Assembly (NCBI RefSeq): GCF_001194135.2
Contig: NC_068992.1
Span: 14,023,066 to 14,080,083 of the forward strand
Length of the DNA: 57,018 nt
Direction of reading: 5' to 3'
Source of the DNA: Octopus bimaculoides
Lineage: Eukaryota
Translations under genes and position numbers: made by a program
Notes under the pieces: generated by a model
Seen by the model: only the letters and a program-made list of their open reading frames with translations
What the model was told of the DNA's origin: nothing
Databases searched by the model: none
Shown: positions 53,407 through 57,018 of the stretch, piece after piece
How the letters are laid out: each line of letters begins with the position of its first letter
Position numbering within the stretch: the stretch's first letter is position 1

Positions 53407-53479
53407 CATAAATACATACATATATATGCAGTGTAAAATATATCGTGTTGTTCCTCTGTACGATATGCTTATCACAGAT

Positions 53480-53900
53480 ATATACATTACTGCCGCATTT
53501 AGGACGATCAGCGTCCCAACAACTATGTTCCTCTTATTGTAGAGCAATGTGAGCGCCTAAAAAAGCCCGCAGTGGGCGAGCATATTCCGTAAGCGCCGGT
53601 CAATCATGGTCTGTTTGAAGCCAAACCCTGTGCAGAGGCTGTTGATATCAGATAGGTCTTCGGGATTAGACTAGCCCGATTGTTCCACACGAAGTGGAGG
53701 TGCAGTTGCCTCACCATTGTAAAATACGCATGCAACAAAAAAGTATAGAAAATATATTGTGGAAGTGTTTGCTATCTCTAACTTCCCTTTCAGATTTAGC
53801 TTCCACGCAGCCAATTACCGAATGAAACGGTCCACCCTGACCTACTCTCTCGTCCAAGTTTGTAACGTGAAGGTCTGACTATTTCACTTTAATGACAAAC
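53480..53900 (-). mobile_element. Degenerate L1/Tx1-like ORF2 fragment (post-RT region)
   Basis: PDLHV, WKLNLKGKLEIAN and RQLHLHFVWNN..QGL resemble the L1/Tx1 motifs LSLKGR..V.N and F.W..GGLG. Confidence 0.5.
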
Positions 53901-54991
53901 TATCAAAATATAACACTACCACATTCGTATTATACATCGGAAAAGGACAAAGTTTTACGATCGGTTCTACCACTTTGACTATCGCAATTTGTAGGCATGA
54001 ATGTTGAAAATAGTTTCTGAAGTTTAGTGTATCTGAATAGTGATTATAAGAAAGAAGAAATAGACAGAGCAATAACCCAGCATCAGACATTCCTAATCTT
54101 TGCATGAAGACACAAACAGAGAGTATAGTCACGTCTATAGTTAAGCTTGCTGCACTGATTCTGTAATGCAATTACTTTGACACAATTGAGCCATCATATT
54201 TTTCTTTTCAAAGTGCCTGGCTTCTAAGCCTCATATAAAAGAACCTATTTTCGTAAGAATAGATGCCTGTTATATAATGCGTATTACCTTGCCATTTCGG
54301 GGGAAGATAACGTTACTGTAAACATGTATAAATTGACTTTTGACTTAAATGTATGAGGCCAAACTTATTTCGAGTTTGCAGTTGGAAAGTTAAGTTGATA
54401 TCTCTTAAGTAGCATGATGTCGGTGAAGCAGAAAAAAATAATCCAAACAACTTGGTTAGAATGTAGAGAGGAAAAAAAGGTATGAATAAATGAATACATA
54501 TTTCGAAAACACTGCAATGACATTAAAGGTCAGAATTTAAGAAAATGAATTACATATAGCGTAAAAGCTTAAAACCTGTGATTGTTAAAATGATTTATCA
54601 TAATACTATTAAAATCCTGCTAAAGGATTCAAAAAAGGAATTGATCCGTATGATAGACAATTGCTCATCTGTGCATTACTCTCCTTCCAACTAAGAACGA
54701 ACTGTCTCTTTCGTGTTATCACAAATCTGATCTCTTAAAGTGCTGGTTGTATTAAAAGATCATTTTAAATAACTAAATTTCACACATACCTATCTCCTCA
54801 TTCCACGTCATTATCGTTTTCCCTTTTGCATGTCGTTTTAGTACGATCCCTCCTCATTAATTAGTCCTATCTTATGAACCGAACAGATAACCCTAATTAT
54901 ATCCGCCGTTATCTTCTAACTTCCAAATGAGTTTGAGATGAGAAGTACCTCAAACAAATGTGCTGGTGCATGATAGCAAGCGCACACAATC

Positions 54992-55022
<31 letters not shown>

Positions 55023-55580
55023 CATCCGCATATAAATATATATCCGTAGCCGTACAAACATCATATGTATGTATCTATGTATGTATATATATGTATATAC
55101 ATATACATACATAAATACATACCGTACGTACGTACATAAATACATACATATATACATAGTGTTCGGGCTAAATTAAACGATTTTTTTAATATTTCCTTCT
55201 TTCAGAAATAGCTTGGTGCATTGCTTAATAGTCAACGGCTTTGGAGAGCATAAATATTAAAGTTGTAGTTAAGAAAAATTTAGCTGGTATGGGAGACTGG
55301 AAGTCACCTTGATGATTTTTGCCCGGTAGCAAAATGACAATATGATGACTGCTGTTCAATGCTCTAAGAAAACTACAAAGGTTGTAAACGTGATATAGAT
55401 CTCTGTAACGGAGACTACAAATCCGTGACCCCGAGGGAAGGACACAACGCTTATTCCTGTGTGCTTCTGTATTTATAAAGACGTCTGTATGCATATTGGC
55501 ATATTATATATATTCATTCTTTCGCGAACCGAAAACGCTATTGTAATTAAAAATGTATTCATTTTTGGTTTAATGTCTCT

Positions 55581-55626
<46 letters not shown>

Positions 55627-55924
55627 NNNNNNNNNNNNNNNNNNNNNNNNNNNNNNNNNNNNNNNNNNNNNNNNNNNNNNNNNNNNNNNNNNNNNNNNNN
55701 NNNNNNNNNNNNNNNNNNNNNNNNNNNNNNNNNNNTATGTATGTATATATATTAGAAAAAATAATGATAATCAGGTACTCATATGTCTGGATGTACATTT
55801 ACAGATTTTTTTTCATATGTCACATGTTTTATAAATTAGCGCTGTCACCTAGTCTTGTAGGGTCATCAAAGTTTGATTTGATCTTGAGAGGATGTTTCTT
55901 TTTATTATAATGTGTAGGGGTGGA

Positions 55925-56520
55925 GAGAGATATATATAGGATAGTATATCGAGTAGGAATAGTCCAATGAGATTGCATATGCCAGCTCCATCATATGACC
56001 CCATGCTCACATCGAAAGTACCCTCTGTATCTGTAGTCTTGACCCACTCTGCGTTCTCACTGAAGAGTAAAGACTTTCTAGCATGGAAGATTATGTCCTT
56101 ATTTTGTGTACTAATTTCTATAAATTCGCTTGCGAAGGTGAGGGCTTTATCTAACAGTTCCTTAGAGATAGAGGTATAGAAATCGACAATATCGAATGGT
56201 GTAAATCTCGCTTTATTCTAATTCCTACTGGCTTTAAACCAATCAACGACTTGTATACTGCTGGACCATTGTACTAACCTAGTAGCATTTCTGACTTTCG
56301 CATTGATTTTTTTCCTAAAATTTCTTTACTAATAATACCAAATTCTGATTTAGCTGGGTTCATAAGCCTACATTTAAGATTAGCTAGGAAGTTGTTTTTA
56401 TGATCTTTAATAGTTATAAAGGTCTCTTCTTTTGGAAGGACCTCTATTTTTTTATCTAATTTAAGTCTACCTTCTTTATTAATTTCGTTATAAATTTGTG
56501 GCCAAGCTTTGGTGTAAATA
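55925..56520 (-). mobile_element. Penelope-like reverse transcriptase fragment, probably Naiad/Chlamys clade
   Basis: FITIKDHK..CRLMNPAKSE, FDIVDFYTSISKELLDKAL, IIFHARKSLLF and FDVSMGSYDGAGICNLIGL. The YRDD motif is absent because the element is truncated. Confidence 0.85.
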
Positions 56521-56624
56521 TTAATGATGCTGTTGTGTAGGAGTCGTGAATGAAACAACAGCACTTTTCTCTGGTACCTTGTAGAAAACAGCAAATAACT
56601 TATACCCTGTAGAAAACAGCACAT

Positions 56625-56705
56625 ATTCAAGACTCCTACACAGTGGGATTGAACTCGGGCCATGTGGTTGGGAAGCAAGCTTCTTACCACACAGCCACTT
56701 GTGTA
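56625..56705 (-). mobile_element. tRNA-like SINE head (probably family B, 5' part)
   Basis: Reverse complement agtggctgtgtggtaagaagc..gagttcaatccc gives A-box and B-box. Confidence 0.65.
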
Positions 56706-56706
56706 T

Positions 56707-56750
<44 letters not shown>
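56707..56750 (+). repeat. (AGAT)n microsatellite
   Basis: Seen directly. Confidence 0.95.
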
Positions 56751-57018
56751 GTTTCTTTATTAGCCACACAGGGCTCAACACAGAGGGGACAAAATACAAA
56801 TGTAGAGTTTTTCTTTTCGAGGGGGTCGAAAACAAAGCAGAAAAAAAAACAAAAGTGGGGACAACGATGAAAAAAAAAACATCGCAAAACGTTTGGGGTA
56901 TTTACAAAAAATACGAAATAATACAAAAAATTCCCAATAAATGGGGAGGTTATCCGTGGAAAGAAAAACCTACGAAAAGACCACGGTAACCTCGGTCTTT
57001 AGCGTCACACTTTGTTAA
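56751..57018 (-). mobile_element. Probable LINE 3' UTR with AATAAA and a (CTAT)n tail, running off the window
   Basis: The minus strand ends ctgtgtggctAATAAAgaaac then (ctat)n; it resembles a recalled Tx1-like 3' end. Confidence 0.4.

Overview
AT-rich, repeat-dominated eukaryotic DNA from a draft assembly. It has 16 N-gaps (about 5.3 kb), most bordered by microsatellites. The repeat families look like those of an octopus/cephalopod genome; this is inference from recalled repeat families, not a database hit. I found no host protein-coding gene or convincing exon. Almost all ORF-track entries are microsatellite or gap artefacts. Recognisable coding remnants are all transposon-derived and broken: two R4/Dong-type non-LTR retrotransposons (417-1880 +, 39335-40645 -), a Tc1 transposase (26000-26925 +), a Penelope-like RT probably of the Naiad clade (55925-56520 -), a CR1/L2-type RT (22255-22790 +), L1/Tx1-like pieces and a probable piggyBac relic. 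There are more than 20 tRNA-derived SINE copies from at least three families, and a decayed tRNA-Arg(ACG) gene at 47939-48011. The most interesting signals are minimal hammerhead-ribozyme motifs of three families, some with non-canonical cores and two families set in long inverted repeats typical of Penelope pseudo-LTRs, and a head-to-tail SINE array whose units are separated by the same 17-bp spacer. I see no evidence for a wholly new multi-gene system.
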